Shown piece by piece: positions 17,751-27,068 of a stretch of DNA of 64,000 nucleotides. Each line of letters starts with the position of its first letter. Within the stretch, counting starts at the first letter, position 1. Below the pieces are notes generated by a model. It was given only the letters and a program-made list of their open reading frames with translations. It was not told the origin of the DNA and did not search any database. Origin of the DNA: a virus; the IMG/VR virus record IMGVR_UViG_3300045988_083449, positions 1 through 64,000 of that record; one strand, written 5' to 3'. A program made the position numbers and the translations under genes.

Positions 17751-17785
17751 GGAATTTCTCCTAAAGTTGTTGTGCTCACAGGTAT

Positions 17786-17810
17786 AAAAAAAGCTCCCCG
17801 AAGGGAGCTT
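17786..17810 (-). terminator. rho-independent terminator
   Basis: Minus strand reads AAGCTCCC-TTCG-GGGAGCTT followed by TTTTTAT, 10 nt after the stop of 17821..18216. Confidence 0.7.
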
Positions 17811-17820
17811 TGTGTGGGTG

Positions 17821-18216
17821 TTACTTGCTCAGCTTGTTGAGGATGCTGAGGATTTGTGCCTGTGTGTTGGCGATAGAAGCGATGTCAGCTTCGAGCTTTT
17901 CCACACGCTTCGTGAGCGTGTTGGAAGTCTTTGCAACCTGCTTCGTGACCTTCTTGGCAACGGTCTTCGCAGACTTCATTGCGGGTTTGGACTTGGCGAG
18001 TGCGAGTTCGGTTCCGTCCTTGCGAGTGAAGACCAGCGGTTCTTCTCCGAAGAACTTGGCCATCGAGTTGTAAGAGCGAATCTTTGCGCTGTTAGCGTGA
18101 GCGAGGTTGCGTGTGTTGGCCATACGTCTGCGCATTTCTGTCACGGCTTCGGGCGTTGTAGCGGCGATAGCGATGAGTTCGAGAGCGGTCATGGATGTGT
18201 AGGACTTGTTCGTCAT
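17821..18216 (-). CDS. hypothetical lysine/alanine-rich protein (131 aa)
   Basis: First gene leftward of the divergent region. GGAG RBS. The basic K/A-rich centre suggests nucleic-acid binding, but no motif was recognised. Confidence 0.55.
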   Translation of the reverse strand: MTNKSYTSMTALELIAIAATTPEAVTEMRRRMANTRNLAHANSAKIRSYNSMAKFFGEEPLVFTRKDGTELALAKSKPAMKSAKTVAKKVTKQVAKTSNTLTKRVEKLEADIASIANTQAQILSILNKLSK

Positions 18217-18262
18217 GGTGTAACTCCTTCAAGAGTTGGTTAATCATGACCCCAATCTTCAC

Positions 18263-18457
18263 TAGTCCTCTTTGAGGACTACGGGTGCATACGCACGAGA
18301 GAGGGTGGAGGGTTGTGGATTGAACAGTTTTCCCAATATCAGATTGAAAAACAATATATAAAATCAAAGAAATCGGGACTGAATCCCCTAAAAAAGGGGT
18401 TGTGACACTAGGGGGCGTACCCCCGCTTTCGCCTTCGGGCGTCGCATTCAGTGTCAC
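18263..18457. promoter_or_regulatory. divergent control region with a cluster of short GC hairpins
   Basis: TAGTCCTC-TTT-GAGGACTA (18263-18281), CCCCT-A6-GGGG (18386-18400), and GTGACAC...GTGTCAC (18402-18457), which encloses GGGGG-CGTA-CCCCC and CGCC-TTCG-GGCG. Confidence 0.35.
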
Positions 18458-18496
18458 TTAGTCCCTCTCAAATTTTCACCAAATTTTTAGAACGCT

Positions 18497-18907
18497 ATGG
18501 ACACAGGATTAAAGATCGGCAAAGTCATTCTGGTAAACACAGAAGACGAACTCAGGAACCTCGTACACAAATACGACACACACAGAACGTTAGATATCGA
18601 TAACTGTTGCTTAGAAGATGTAAGCGGCTATACGTGTTGCATTCCTAACGAGAAGGAAGGTTTGGTACACGTTGTGTACTTAAACACAAAGCATGGGTTA
18701 GGTCGGGAATACAAACACGACTACATGATGACGGTCATTCACGAAGCCGTACACGTCAAGCAGGGCTATCTCAAGTACATCTGTGAGGAGAATCCGGGGG
18801 ACGAGATTGAGGCTTACTTAGTCGAGGGTATTGTTGATTCTTTGGTTCAGCAGTTTGCAGAGAAGGAGAAGAAATGGAAGAAGCAGTCCAAACGGAAGAT
18901 CGCTTAA
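18497..18907 (+). CDS. small protein with an HExxH zinc-metallopeptidase-like motif
   Basis: MMTVIHEAVHVKQGY contains HEAVH. First gene of the rightward packaging operon. Confidence 0.45.
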   Translation: MDTGLKIGKVILVNTEDELRNLVHKYDTHRTLDIDNCCLEDVSGYTCCIPNEKEGLVHVVYLNTKHGLGREYKHDYMMTVIHEAVHVKQGYLKYICEENPGDEIEAYLVEGIVDSLVQQFAEKEKKWKKQSKRKIA

Positions 18908-20115
18908 TACCTGCGTTTGAGACAAGCCTTGGGATAGGTAAACCTGATGCTGTGATGGTTCCCGAGAGTCAGTTGAAGGAAGTCAACAAGAAAGTTGCTC
19001 CCAACGTTAGGTATGCAATGAAGTCGGCCAACATTGCTTCGCTGTATGCGAAGAGAGCAGTAAGACCTGATGAGATCGCGGCATTAAGACGTGAGATGTT
19101 TGAAGTCGTTAGGAGGAATTTGCCGGAAGTAGAACAGGTCATCCTTGGGAATAAGGCTTGGAAATCTTCTCAGGTTCGTTTGTATGCGTTGCTGACGGAA
19201 CGTGTAATTCCGAAGATGCAGAGTGTGTCGATAGAAGACAACACGCAGAAGAGAGTGGAGGATTTGTCGATTGAGGAATTGGAGGCTTTGGCGCTTGGTA
19301 AGAAACGAGAGGTTCAGGAACGTCTTAACACGATTGAAATTGAGGCTAAGGAGATTGAAGCATCCGAAAGCAGAGTGGAAACCGAAGAGACAAGACGAGA
19401 GGTTGTACGAGAACTGGCAAACATTCAAGCTCTTGATGATGCGGAGAAGAAATATATAACTCGACTGGCGATGCAGAAGCCTGAAGAAGCGGCAAAGCTC
19501 GAAGAGAAGAGACGTGACAGACCGCAGACGTATCACACACCTGAGCAGATAGCAAAGATCAGAGAGAAGAACGGTAGAAGTCTTGAGCAGAGATGGAGAG
19601 ACAAGGGGTACTCAGAGGAAGAGATCAAGCAGAAGATGGCTGAAGTAGTGGCTAAAAGAGCCGCTACAAGGCGTAAGACGAAGGAGCTTGAAGATCAGGA
19701 CATTGGGTATGGATGCGGATTAAGGTCTGCGGAACGAGCGATTACCGAAGACATCAAGGAGTCTCGGAATAAAACGTTTCGGGAGTTCAGAGTAAATCCG
19801 TTAAAAGGAAGACGAAGCAAGAGTGTTGTTCAACGTGAGATTGAAAAGAAACAAGCCGCAGAACAGAGACGTTACGACAGAGAAGTCAACCCCTTGGTGT
19901 TCACGACAGGTAAGGGATTGGGCATTGAAGAGGACATCACTGGGATTCACCTTCAGGAATTAAAACAGCGTTATCCGCACATCTTTGAGGTGAGCGAGGA
20001 AGATCAGGAAAGACTCAAACAAATAGACAGAGAGGTTTATGCAAAACGTAAAAACTCAGGTAACACAGCAGGAAGCGGCAAGATACCTGCTGAAGATCAA
20101 GAAAGCGGCTCTTAG
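18874..20115 (+). CDS. highly charged protein, candidate small terminase subunit (positional call only)
   Basis: 413 aa, K/E/R-rich with coiled-coil character, immediately upstream of and overlapping the large terminase gene. Confidence 0.35.
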   Translation: MEEAVQTEDRLIPAFETSLGIGKPDAVMVPESQLKEVNKKVAPNVRYAMKSANIASLYAKRAVRPDEIAALRREMFEVVRRNLPEVEQVILGNKAWKSSQVRLYALLTERVIPKMQSVSIEDNTQKRVEDLSIEELEALALGKKREVQERLNTIEIEAKEIEASESRVETEETRREVVRELANIQALDDAEKKYITRLAMQKPEEAAKLEEKRRDRPQTYHTPEQIAKIREKNGRSLEQRWRDKGYSEEEIKQKMAEVVAKRAATRRKTKELEDQDIGYGCGLRSAERAITEDIKESRNKTFREFRVNPLKGRRSKSVVQREIEKKQAAEQRRYDREVNPLVFTTGKGLGIEEDITGIHLQELKQRYPHIFEVSEEDQERLKQIDREVYAKRKNSGNTAGSGKIPAEDQESGS

Positions 20116-21754
20116 TTATCCGAATTTTATGGACTACAACTATCCTGATTTTGTCCGAGCGGACTTTCAGGAAGAGTTGGTTAAGACGTTGGACTTGTTA
20201 GAGAAGGATGAGTTGATCAACAGTCACGGAGTTCCGATTCGTAAGCTCTTGATCACAATGCCTCCTCGTCATGCGAAGTCTTTCTATGGGACGATTAACT
20301 TTCCTGCTTACTGCATGATGCGAGACCCGACACGAGAGATCATGGTAGCTGGGTATAACTCGGAGTTGGCTGCTACCTTCGGCAGACAGACACGTGAGAT
20401 CGTAACGAATCCTGCGAACTTGAAGTCGTTTCCTAAGTTCAAACTCAGCCAGGAAAGTCGAGCTGTGGACTTTTGGAAGACGGTAGAAGGCGGAGCTTAC
20501 TATGCAGTGGGTATGGGTGGTACAACAACAGGCCGTGGTGCAAATATCCTGATCGTTGACGACCCGTATAAGACACGGGAAGAGGCCGATAGTACCGTCA
20601 AGAGAAACAAGATTTGGGACTTCTACACAGCGTCATTACTTACTCGTATGCAACCGCATAGAAACGGTAAACCGCCGATTCTTATTGTTACGCATACACG
20701 TTGGAATCCTGATGACATCGGTGCTCGAATCATGGAGTCCGACGAGTTCAAACGTGGGGAATGGTTTCATCTGAATTATCCGGCTATTCGGACGATTGAA
20801 TCCGGAGTTGAAATCAAACGGAGTGACCTTCCTAAGGATGACCCGAGGTATATTCCTGCACGTATTATCGTTAACGGGAAGTACGTAAACATCACAAGCT
20901 CGTACATGAACAAGTCTAACAAGTACGTAAGCTGTGAAAGGGAAGTTGCCCTTTGGCCTGAACGTTTTCCGCTGAAGGAACTCAAGAAAATTCGAGAACG
21001 AATCGGAGACCGAGAGTTTGAAGCTCTGTATCAGCAGAATCCTTACGTCTTAGGCGGCAACATTATCAAGATCAGTTGGTTTAAAAGATATACACCTGAG
21101 ACTTGTCCGACGGAATTTCATGCGATTGTGATTGGTTTGGATACTGCGTTTAAGACCAAGAGCTGGAACGACTTCTCAGTGATTACGGTAGCTGGGATTA
21201 CAGAGTTGGGAGACATCTACATCCTGAAGGTTTACCGAGAGAAGCTGGAATATCCCGACCTTAAACGTAAGCTCGTGAACATCAACTCCGTATGGAGAGG
21301 AAGAGGGCTTAGAGGCTGGTATGTTGAAGACGCTGCTTCGGGTCAGTCACTGATTCAGGATATGAGACACGGAAGTTCGTTGACGATTCTTCCGTGGAAA
21401 CCTGGCACAAACGATAAGACCAATCGTTGTACCTCGATTACTCCGATCATTGAAGGCGGACGAGTGTTTATTCCTGAAGAGGCTGATTGGTTAGACGATT
21501 GGGAAGTTGAGCTGAGTCAGTTTCCTTCCGGCAAACATGATGACCAAGTGGACTCATTGGTAATCGTGATTGATGTTGCTTCTAAGATGGTTGTAACGGG
21601 AGAGAAGTTCTTTAATGAATCCATTGGGAACTACATTGTCTCTCCCGACTTCAAAGGTGACCTAATGTTTGGAAACGACCTGCACGAAGACAAGTACGGT
21701 TGGCAGGGCTCGTTCGGTCAGTCGTTAGGTGAGTTTGCTAGTTGGGGTGAATGA
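20039..21754 (+). CDS. terL: terminase large subunit
   Basis: N-terminal ATPase: MPPRHAKS (Walker A-like) and ANILIVDDPY (Walker B). C-terminal nuclease region: VIGLDTA ... HDDQVDSL. Confidence 0.85.
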   Translation: MQNVKTQVTQQEAARYLLKIKKAALSYPNFMDYNYPDFVRADFQEELVKTLDLLEKDELINSHGVPIRKLLITMPPRHAKSFYGTINFPAYCMMRDPTREIMVAGYNSELAATFGRQTREIVTNPANLKSFPKFKLSQESRAVDFWKTVEGGAYYAVGMGGTTTGRGANILIVDDPYKTREEADSTVKRNKIWDFYTASLLTRMQPHRNGKPPILIVTHTRWNPDDIGARIMESDEFKRGEWFHLNYPAIRTIESGVEIKRSDLPKDDPRYIPARIIVNGKYVNITSSYMNKSNKYVSCEREVALWPERFPLKELKKIRERIGDREFEALYQQNPYVLGGNIIKISWFKRYTPETCPTEFHAIVIGLDTAFKTKSWNDFSVITVAGITELGDIYILKVYREKLEYPDLKRKLVNINSVWRGRGLRGWYVEDAASGQSLIQDMRHGSSLTILPWKPGTNDKTNRCTSITPIIEGGRVFIPEEADWLDDWEVELSQFPSGKHDDQVDSLVIVIDVASKMVVTGEKFFNESIGNYIVSPDFKGDLMFGNDLHEDKYGWQGSFGQSLGEFASWGE

Positions 21755-21757
21755 AAA

Positions 21758-22303
21758 TTACATTTGACTGCTAATTCTATTGACCTCTCTTTCTTTCATC
21801 ATCCTTGTCACCACAAGGCTGGTGTACTCGATATAAAAATCACCAAAACTATCACGTGCATCAATTATTAAATTAGGAAATTTCCATATCCAAACGGAAA
21901 TACGTGGGATATGCTTAACGGAAGAAGGTTTTCCGTATCGGTTTTCCAGTGCCTCTAGGTAATTCGGTATAGGACTCTCATTGGCTAATTTCCTATCACC
22001 ATCGAACAATAATGAGAAACAGATGGAAAAGACTTTGCCAGTCTTTTTATCGAAAGAATATCTAGTCCGGTATTCTCCTGGAAGATCGAAACAGCCTTCT
22101 AGTGAATAAGACTCGTCTTCGTTTTTTTCTAATCGACACTTCTTTTCATGTGCAATTTTCTTTACATCGTCTATCGTATCTTTTCCCAATTCGATTCCGA
22201 GTATTTTAAAAGTTTCTTGACTACTTAAATCTCTTTGGTTGTCAGCGCTTTGGGCGCCAACCGCTGAGAAAAAGAGTAATAACATGACTACCAATTTTTT
22301 CAT
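21758..22303 (-). CDS. secreted protein (signal peptide), moron-like
   Basis: N-terminus MKKLVVMLLLFFSAVGAQSADN. AT-rich. Convergent with terL, with a 3-nt gap. Confidence 0.6.
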   Translation of the reverse strand: MKKLVVMLLLFFSAVGAQSADNQRDLSSQETFKILGIELGKDTIDDVKKIAHEKKCRLEKNEDESYSLEGCFDLPGEYRTRYSFDKKTGKVFSICFSLLFDGDRKLANESPIPNYLEALENRYGKPSSVKHIPRISVWIWKFPNLIIDARDSFGDFYIEYTSLVVTRMMKEREVNRISSQM

Positions 22304-22329
22304 TTAGCTTATCCACCTGTTTGAAAGTT

Positions 22330-22665
22330 TTAATTTTTTAATAATGCCAAGAACTCCTTGAAACTGATTGGCTCTCCGTCGGAGTTGCGAATACTTTTGG
22401 CCTCTGATAAATATTCAATTAACTTATCAGGAAGGAAACCGTCTCTGATTTTGATCGAATAAGTAGGATGTTGCGAATCATAGAGAAGTGTGCTTCTTTC
22501 TATAGAAAAGTCATTATTGTCTTTCTTAAAAATACTTTTCAGACAAACAGGACGAGCCTGTAGTTTTAGTTCACTTTCATCAATTAGAGAATCTAAAAAA
22601 GAAGAATCTTCAAGCTCAAGAAGGAAAGGTTTTTGAGACTTGGAATAGGTAATTACTTGTATCAT
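22330..22665 (-). CDS. hypothetical protein (111 aa from ATG 22665)
   Basis: AAGGA lies 7 nt before ATG 22665. AT-rich. Confidence 0.45.
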   Translation of the reverse strand: MIQVITYSKSQKPFLLELEDSSFLDSLIDESELKLQARPVCLKSIFKKDNNDFSIERSTLLYDSQHPTYSIKIRDGFLPDKLIEYLSEAKSIRNSDGEPISFKEFLALLKN

Positions 22666-22731
22666 TTTTTTCCTTAGGATGGATATGAAATTCTTTAGCA
22701 AGATGATCTAACAGTCTATTTTCTTTGTCAA

Positions 22732-22759
22732 TAAAAAAAGACCCCCATGCAGGGAGTCT
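22732..22759 (-). terminator. rho-independent terminator-like hairpin
   Basis: Minus strand reads GACTCCCTGCATGGGGGTC followed by T7. Confidence 0.5.
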
Positions 22760-22782
22760 ATACATTGACGAAGAAATAGGTT

Positions 22783-23115
22783 CTACTGATTCATTCGTCG
22801 CTCAACCACTTCCATAATGGCGTAATTAGCTAAGTCGAGGAGGGTTTCTTCGATAGGTTCGTCTACCCTAGCAAGATCAAAATCTAAAGAAAGTGTTTTT
22901 AACCTTTCAAGTTTGTCAGATAAGCGAACTAAGATTGCACAAGGAAACTCTTGCCTTACCTTGTGAAAAGAGTTCCCGTAATCGTGATTCTTGTCAATAA
23001 AAGTTCTATGAAGTTCTTCAAGGACTTCCTTGTGAACGTCATACATAGTAACCTGATTAGGGTCGGTCTTAATCATTTCAGGTGGAATTTCGGGAAAGAC
23101 TCTATCTTGATTCAT
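22783..23115 (-). CDS. DUF1599-like (nucleotide-modification-associated domain 1) protein
   Basis: Contains KNHDYGNSF and LVRLSDKLERL, characteristic of DUF1599. AAGGAGAA RBS before ATG 23115. Confidence 0.55.
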   Translation of the reverse strand: MNQDRVFPEIPPEMIKTDPNQVTMYDVHKEVLEELHRTFIDKNHDYGNSFHKVRQEFPCAILVRLSDKLERLKTLSLDFDLARVDEPIEETLLDLANYAIMEVVERRMNQ

Positions 23116-23581
23116 TGATTTTCTCCTTGAGTTCTGAGATCGGATGTAATGCTTCCTGCGGTACAAACCATGCAGGTCTGAGTTCGTTGGGATTGTCGAG
23201 GTAGGCATCGGTCTTTGCGTCCTTACCTCTAATCCACCCAATGATTTCAAAGGACGGAGCTTTGCCTACAACAAGAATGAAGATGTCGTCATCGTGATCA
23301 TTGTCACGGACAATCAGACGACCGTTTGTGTGACGAGAACTCCTGACCTGAAACTGTCCAAGGTCAGGTGCCTTAAAAGTATCGACACCGCCTTCCCAGT
23401 AAAGGCCAAGAGCTTTAGCGACAGCCATCTCTCCAAAGGCTCCGCAAATGTCGATACCCCATTTTTCATATTCTGTGAGCTTGATGATGTTCTTGAGTTT
23501 CTGCTTGATCGAAGAGATTCTGCGCATCACTCCGACATTAGCAGCCATCGTCATTTCAGCATCAGATAAAACAATTTCCAT
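23102..23581 (-). CDS. hypothetical protein, possibly nuclease-fold
   Basis: GAFGEMAVAKALG ... PDLGQFQVRSSR is reminiscent of small PD-(D/E)XK-like phage proteins. Weak call. Confidence 0.4.
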   Translation of the reverse strand: MEIVLSDAEMTMAANVGVMRRISSIKQKLKNIIKLTEYEKWGIDICGAFGEMAVAKALGLYWEGGVDTFKAPDLGQFQVRSSRHTNGRLIVRDNDHDDDIFILVVGKAPSFEIIGWIRGKDAKTDAYLDNPNELRPAWFVPQEALHPISELKEKINESR

Positions 23582-23871
23582 TACCTGACACCTTCGTTTA
23601 GAAACTTCTTAGGCGGACGATTTAAGTTGTCATCTCTGTCCATGTAGTAAGAGTCAGGGTCAACATCATCGGGGTAGGCTAGTTCAGCCCAGTAGAGCAC
23701 GTTAGGTACATTAAAGTCGCCTGTCTCCATAGAGAAGTGAGCGACGGATTGGTTGACAAAAATCTTATCACTGCTTGTTGTTCCGGCAAGAACAACAGTC
23801 AAGTAGGAACCACCTTGTGTAGGTTCTTCTTCGGCATAGTCGTGCCATACCAACTCTTTCTTATTATCCAT
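23581..23871 (-). CDS. DUF551-like protein
   Basis: WHDYAEEEPTQGGSYLTVV ... VLYWAELAYP fits the W...e.P....vLv ... W pattern. Confidence 0.45.
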   Translation of the reverse strand: MDNKKELVWHDYAEEEPTQGGSYLTVVLAGTTSSDKIFVNQSVAHFSMETGDFNVPNVLYWAELAYPDDVDPDSYYMDRDDNLNRPPKKFLNEGVR

Positions 23872-23880
23872 TTACATCTC

Positions 23881-24312
23881 CTATAGGATTTTGATCTCTT
23901 CGTTGGTTTCGTTTTCCATGTAACGATTACGGTAGTGACCTGAATCGAAACGCTTGGTTTCTCCGTCATCCAACGGATTGATCGAAGGTGTTCTTGCAAG
24001 TTGGGATGGGAGGGTCACTCCTAGGAGGTAATTGATTCGTCGTGCATGAGCACTCTGCCGAGTCTTTACCATTGCGTAACACTTGTTGCGTCGAGCGTAC
24101 AACGTGAAGTAATCCTGATTATCGACGCTGAATCGGAATACTTTTTTATCCTTTTCTAATCTGCTTAATGCTTCCCATACAGGCTTTAGCGGGTTTTGTT
24201 TCTCCTTGCCGATTTGAGTTTCTTCCTGAATCTCTCTTACGGTCTTTGCTTCCAAATTTTGCTTACTCAAGAAACTTAGGATTTTGTCTTGGTTTGTTTC
24301 TTGAGAATCCAT
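23881..24312 (-). CDS. hypothetical protein, possible winged-helix N-terminus
   Basis: ILSFLSKQNLEAKTVREIQEETQIGKEK...VWEALSRLEKDKKV resembles a wHTH. Confidence 0.4.
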   Translation of the reverse strand: MDSQETNQDKILSFLSKQNLEAKTVREIQEETQIGKEKQNPLKPVWEALSRLEKDKKVFRFSVDNQDYFTLYARRNKCYAMVKTRQSAHARRINYLLGVTLPSQLARTPSINPLDDGETKRFDSGHYRNRYMENETNEEIKIL

Positions 24313-24318
24313 AAATGT

Positions 24319-24504
24319 TTACGTTGCTAACTGTTCAACAACAACTCCTACTAATACGATTAAAAGACCAACTGCTAAGTAACCGTAAACAAACTTGGTT
24401 GATTTAGTTCTCAGCATTTCCGATATATCTTTAAACTGATTGAACAAGTACGGTAGGAACATGATTGTTCCGACGTTTATGAGAATATTTCCGATCTCTT
24501 TCAT
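24319..24504 (-). CDS. small two-TM membrane protein (61 aa)
   Basis: Hydrophobic segments ILINVGTIMFLPYLF and YGYLAVGLLIVLVGVVV. Confidence 0.5.
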   Translation of the reverse strand: MKEIGNILINVGTIMFLPYLFNQFKDISEMLRTKSTKFVYGYLAVGLLIVLVGVVVEQLAT

Positions 24505-24788
24505 TACAGAAAGTCTTTGTGCAGGTTAAGTTCACAGGCGAGACCTTCTTTTTCAAACTGCTGAAGGTACATCGGCGCATCAATCTTTGCCCAGTCTGTG
24601 ATGTGAGCATCCATAGACGGGAAATCAAACAACTGCGTTTCCGCATCCCAATAGGCTAGGCGGATTGAGTAATGTCGGATTTTCTTACTGTCCTCGGGAT
24701 GACGTTTGCGTCTTCCTTCGTTACAGGCGACGAGATACTGCCCTGATTCGTCAGGTAATACGAGTTGATAGTCTTTCCAATCAAGCAC
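24504..24788 (-). CDS. DUF551-like protein (GTG start preferred)
   Basis: AGGAG lies 9 nt before GTG 24788, which overlaps the upstream TGA (GTGCTTGA). WKDYQLVLPDESGQYLVAC fits the DUF551 pattern. Confidence 0.45.
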   Translation of the reverse strand: MLDWKDYQLVLPDESGQYLVACNEGRRKRHPEDSKKIRHYSIRLAYWDAETQLFDFPSMDAHITDWAKIDAPMYLQQFEKEGLACELNLHKDFL

Positions 24789-25137
24789 TTTTCTTCTCCT
24801 CTTCAATGCGTATGAGTTGACGTTTAATTTTTTCTGCCATGTATCCGTCAAGCAGAATTTTTATTTTGGTGTTGTCAGGTTGATTTATTAGGTATTCAAT
24901 CTGCTTCGCTAAGATCAACACGTCCGCCAACTCCTTCATGTTGGCGATACAGGCTGACTTCTTTTTCCGACCATAATATTTTTTGGCTTTGCGGCTGGAT
25001 TCAAGGTGGCTGTAGCCGAGGAACTTAAAGAAGGATGCTGAATACTCCGAACATTCTTCAGCTAATTTGACCGTTTGGTTATTGATGCCGTAGTGGTCGG
25101 CAATGATTTTTATTCCACGTTTACATTCAGGAAGCAT
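24781..25137 (-). CDS. MazG-like nucleotide pyrophosphohydrolase (tentative)
   Basis: KLAEECSEYSASF ... MKELADVLILAKQIE fits the EExxE ... ELxDVL four-helix MazG pattern. Confidence 0.5.
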   Translation of the reverse strand: MLPECKRGIKIIADHYGINNQTVKLAEECSEYSASFFKFLGYSHLESSRKAKKYYGRKKKSACIANMKELADVLILAKQIEYLINQPDNTKIKILLDGYMAEKIKRQLIRIEEEKKSA

Positions 25138-25553
25138 TACTTACCCTTAGTCGCTTTCTTGACTTCTACTTCAAGTTGATTCTTGATGTATTCCTCTGCC
25201 CAACGTAAGGCTCCCTGAGAGATGTTCTGTACCTGCGTGTTGTTGGTAATAGCAGGAAGTACAATCATGGCGGCTACCGTGCTACGTGAAGGGAGGAACA
25301 ATGAGCCGAGAAAGGCGACAAACACAATTGGGCCTAGCACTCTATTTAGCCTATTGGTTACATATCGAAACCTTCTATATTCCCTAATCACGCAATCACT
25401 GTAATCATTATTAGAAACATTAATGTATCCGAGAGTTTTGAAAACATTAGTAAGGAGTAAGACAACACCTCCAAAGAAGACAATAAGTCCACACGCTTTA
25501 TCAATTGAATTAAGTTGCCCAATGAAGTAAATGAGAAGAGGTGAGAGTTCCAT
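25137..25553 (-). CDS. membrane protein (138 aa, 3-4 TM)
   Basis: Multiple hydrophobic helices. 1-nt overlaps (TAATG) at both ends: its ATG (25553) with the upstream stop and its TAA (25137) with the next ATG. Confidence 0.55.
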   Translation of the reverse strand: MELSPLLIYFIGQLNSIDKACGLIVFFGGVVLLLTNVFKTLGYINVSNNDYSDCVIREYRRFRYVTNRLNRVLGPIVFVAFLGSLFLPSRSTVAAMIVLPAITNNTQVQNISQGALRWAEEYIKNQLEVEVKKATKGK

Positions 25554-25732
25554 TATTTATCCTTCGACTCAATGCGGTTAACCTTGGTGACAAACATAAA
25601 GGAGCTGGATGGGGTTTCGTCCTTAGTTGAGGGATTTTTGTCTTCCTGAGACTTAGAATCCTTTCTCTTCATTTCTCGGACGAGAATATCCTGTTCAGCA
25701 AAATTTCTTATTACATCGTTACGGTAGTTCAT
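25553..25732 (-). CDS. small hydrophilic protein (59 aa, below the ORF-track cutoff)
   Basis: My own translation is MNYRNDVIRNFAEQDILVREMKRKDSKSQEDKNPSTKDETPSSSFMFVTKVNRIESKDK. ATGA overlap at its start and TAATG overlap at its end. Confidence 0.45.
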   Translation of the reverse strand: MNYRNDVIRNFAEQDILVREMKRKDSKSQEDKNPSTKDETPSSSFMFVTKVNRIESKDK

Positions 25733-25965
25733 TCTTCATCCTCGTCATGAAGTCCTACTTCTTCGGCAAGTTCGTCCACTTCTTCTATAAAATCCCAAAA
25801 GAGTTCAAGGACTTCTCCTTCTGCTTTAGCTTCTGCTTCCGAGATTTCGTTAATCTCCTTAAGATCGGATAGGTCTTTTTCCCACCTGTCTGCAAGTTGC
25901 TTGAGTTTCGACCAATACCCGTCTAAACGTTTCTTGTGATCGCATTGAATTACTTTCACCGTCAT
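25729..25965 (-). CDS. hypothetical acidic protein (78 aa)
   Basis: Operonic ORF with a 4-nt overlap with the upstream gene. Confidence 0.5.
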   Translation of the reverse strand: MTVKVIQCDHKKRLDGYWSKLKQLADRWEKDLSDLKEINEISEAEAKAEGEVLELFWDFIEEVDELAEEVGLHDEDEE

Positions 25966-26183
25966 ATCTGTTCTTCCTTTGCTTTTTTAATTGCGTACGA
26001 AAGGTTGTCCATTAGTTCAAAAAGTGCATCAGTTGGGAAGGGAGGCGAACGCCGTTCAGGAGGAGTAAAAGCCTTTCTCCTTACTGATAGACGGTCAACA
26101 ATTTTCAGTAGACACCGTAAAAGGTTTAGACAGGCTTCTGCGTCTTCAATCGCTAGTTCAACTTTCTTCATTCTTATTTCCAA
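25962..26183 (-). CDS. hypothetical protein (73 aa)
   Basis: Operonic ORF with overlaps on both sides. Confidence 0.5.
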   Translation of the reverse strand: MEIRMKKVELAIEDAEACLNLLRCLLKIVDRLSVRRKAFTPPERRSPPFPTDALFELMDNLSYAIKKAKEEQI

Positions 26184-26653
26184 TGACCGTGATACCAGCG
26201 CTTAAAGATGCTTCCGCACCATTCCCAAAAAGCTAATCCAGCGGCAATGGGAAGAGGAGCCCAAATAGCCCATTCCTTAGGTACAAGGTGTGCGATTGTG
26301 TAGAGGGATGCTCCTAACAGCGTGAAGATAAGAACGACTTTGATGGTAAGGAAAAAGTAATCCCAAAAGACTTTGGTCATGTTCGCTCTGATTTTTTCCA
26401 TCAGGTCGATCTTCTCTTGGGCTTTGTTTTCTTGGCTGACCAGTTCGGCGATTCTTTCGTTGATCTTATCCTCGAAAGCAATCTCTATGTCACTAGCCAT
26501 ACGGACACCATCAGGTCTGCTTTCGACAATCCTTTCAAAGTAAGGAAGCAGTGTGTTGCAATAACGTTTGTCGTAAGAATCAATGTCAGGGTTATGTGCA
26601 ATGTTCTTTAACTTCTGAGCTAGAAATTGACAATCAAAGTAACTGAGTTTCAT
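26174..26653 (-). CDS. membrane protein (159 aa, 2 TM in the C-terminal half)
   Basis: Hydrophobic segments FFLTIKVVLIFTLLGASLYTIAHLV and WAPLPIAAGLAFWEW. Confidence 0.55.
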   Translation of the reverse strand: MKLSYFDCQFLAQKLKNIAHNPDIDSYDKRYCNTLLPYFERIVESRPDGVRMASDIEIAFEDKINERIAELVSQENKAQEKIDLMEKIRANMTKVFWDYFFLTIKVVLIFTLLGASLYTIAHLVPKEWAIWAPLPIAAGLAFWEWCGSIFKRWYHGHWK

Positions 26654-27054
26654 TTTTTATTTCCTGTGTAAGGTTCCGGTAAAGCTCTGAAAGCCACTGC
26701 TTCGGGGTAATAAGAAGGCGTGTTTTCCCACCATTTGTCACAACCTTCAGGGCCATAAGTTGCATGAAAATCTCTGATAGATAAGTCTCCGTACTTGTCC
26801 TGTACAAGCCATTCCCCTTCATTAGGAGGAGTGATTTGAGGGTAAGGATTCCAACCATTAGGGTTGTAAGTCAATTCAAACTCGTTCTTGAAAATATCGA
26901 ATACGACTGAACCAGCCGTAGGAGAAAGACCTTTACGAAGGGTTATTACTGATTCTATGGTGCACATTTGCTGACAGCATTCACTGTCAATCTCTTCATC
27001 GGTGAACCATGTGTTGAGCTTCTGTTTTAGCTTTATATCTTTCAGTGTCCACAT
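26650..27054 (-). CDS. DUF551-like protein (134 aa)
   Basis: WNPYPQITPPNEGEWLVQD fits the DUF551 pattern. The AAGGA RBS lies in the 3' trailer of the adjacent tRNA-like gene. Confidence 0.45.
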   Translation of the reverse strand: MWTLKDIKLKQKLNTWFTDEEIDSECCQQMCTIESVITLRKGLSPTAGSVVFDIFKNEFELTYNPNGWNPYPQITPPNEGEWLVQDKYGDLSIRDFHATYGPEGCDKWWENTPSYYPEAVAFRALPEPYTGNKK

Positions 27055-27068
27055 TGTGAATCCTTGGG

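Noticed and set aside
16965-18243. Plus-strand ORFs 16965..17390, 17449..17733, 17604..17840 and 17812..18243
   Set aside because: All are antisense to a tightly tiled minus-strand operon that has RBSs and minus-strand terminators.
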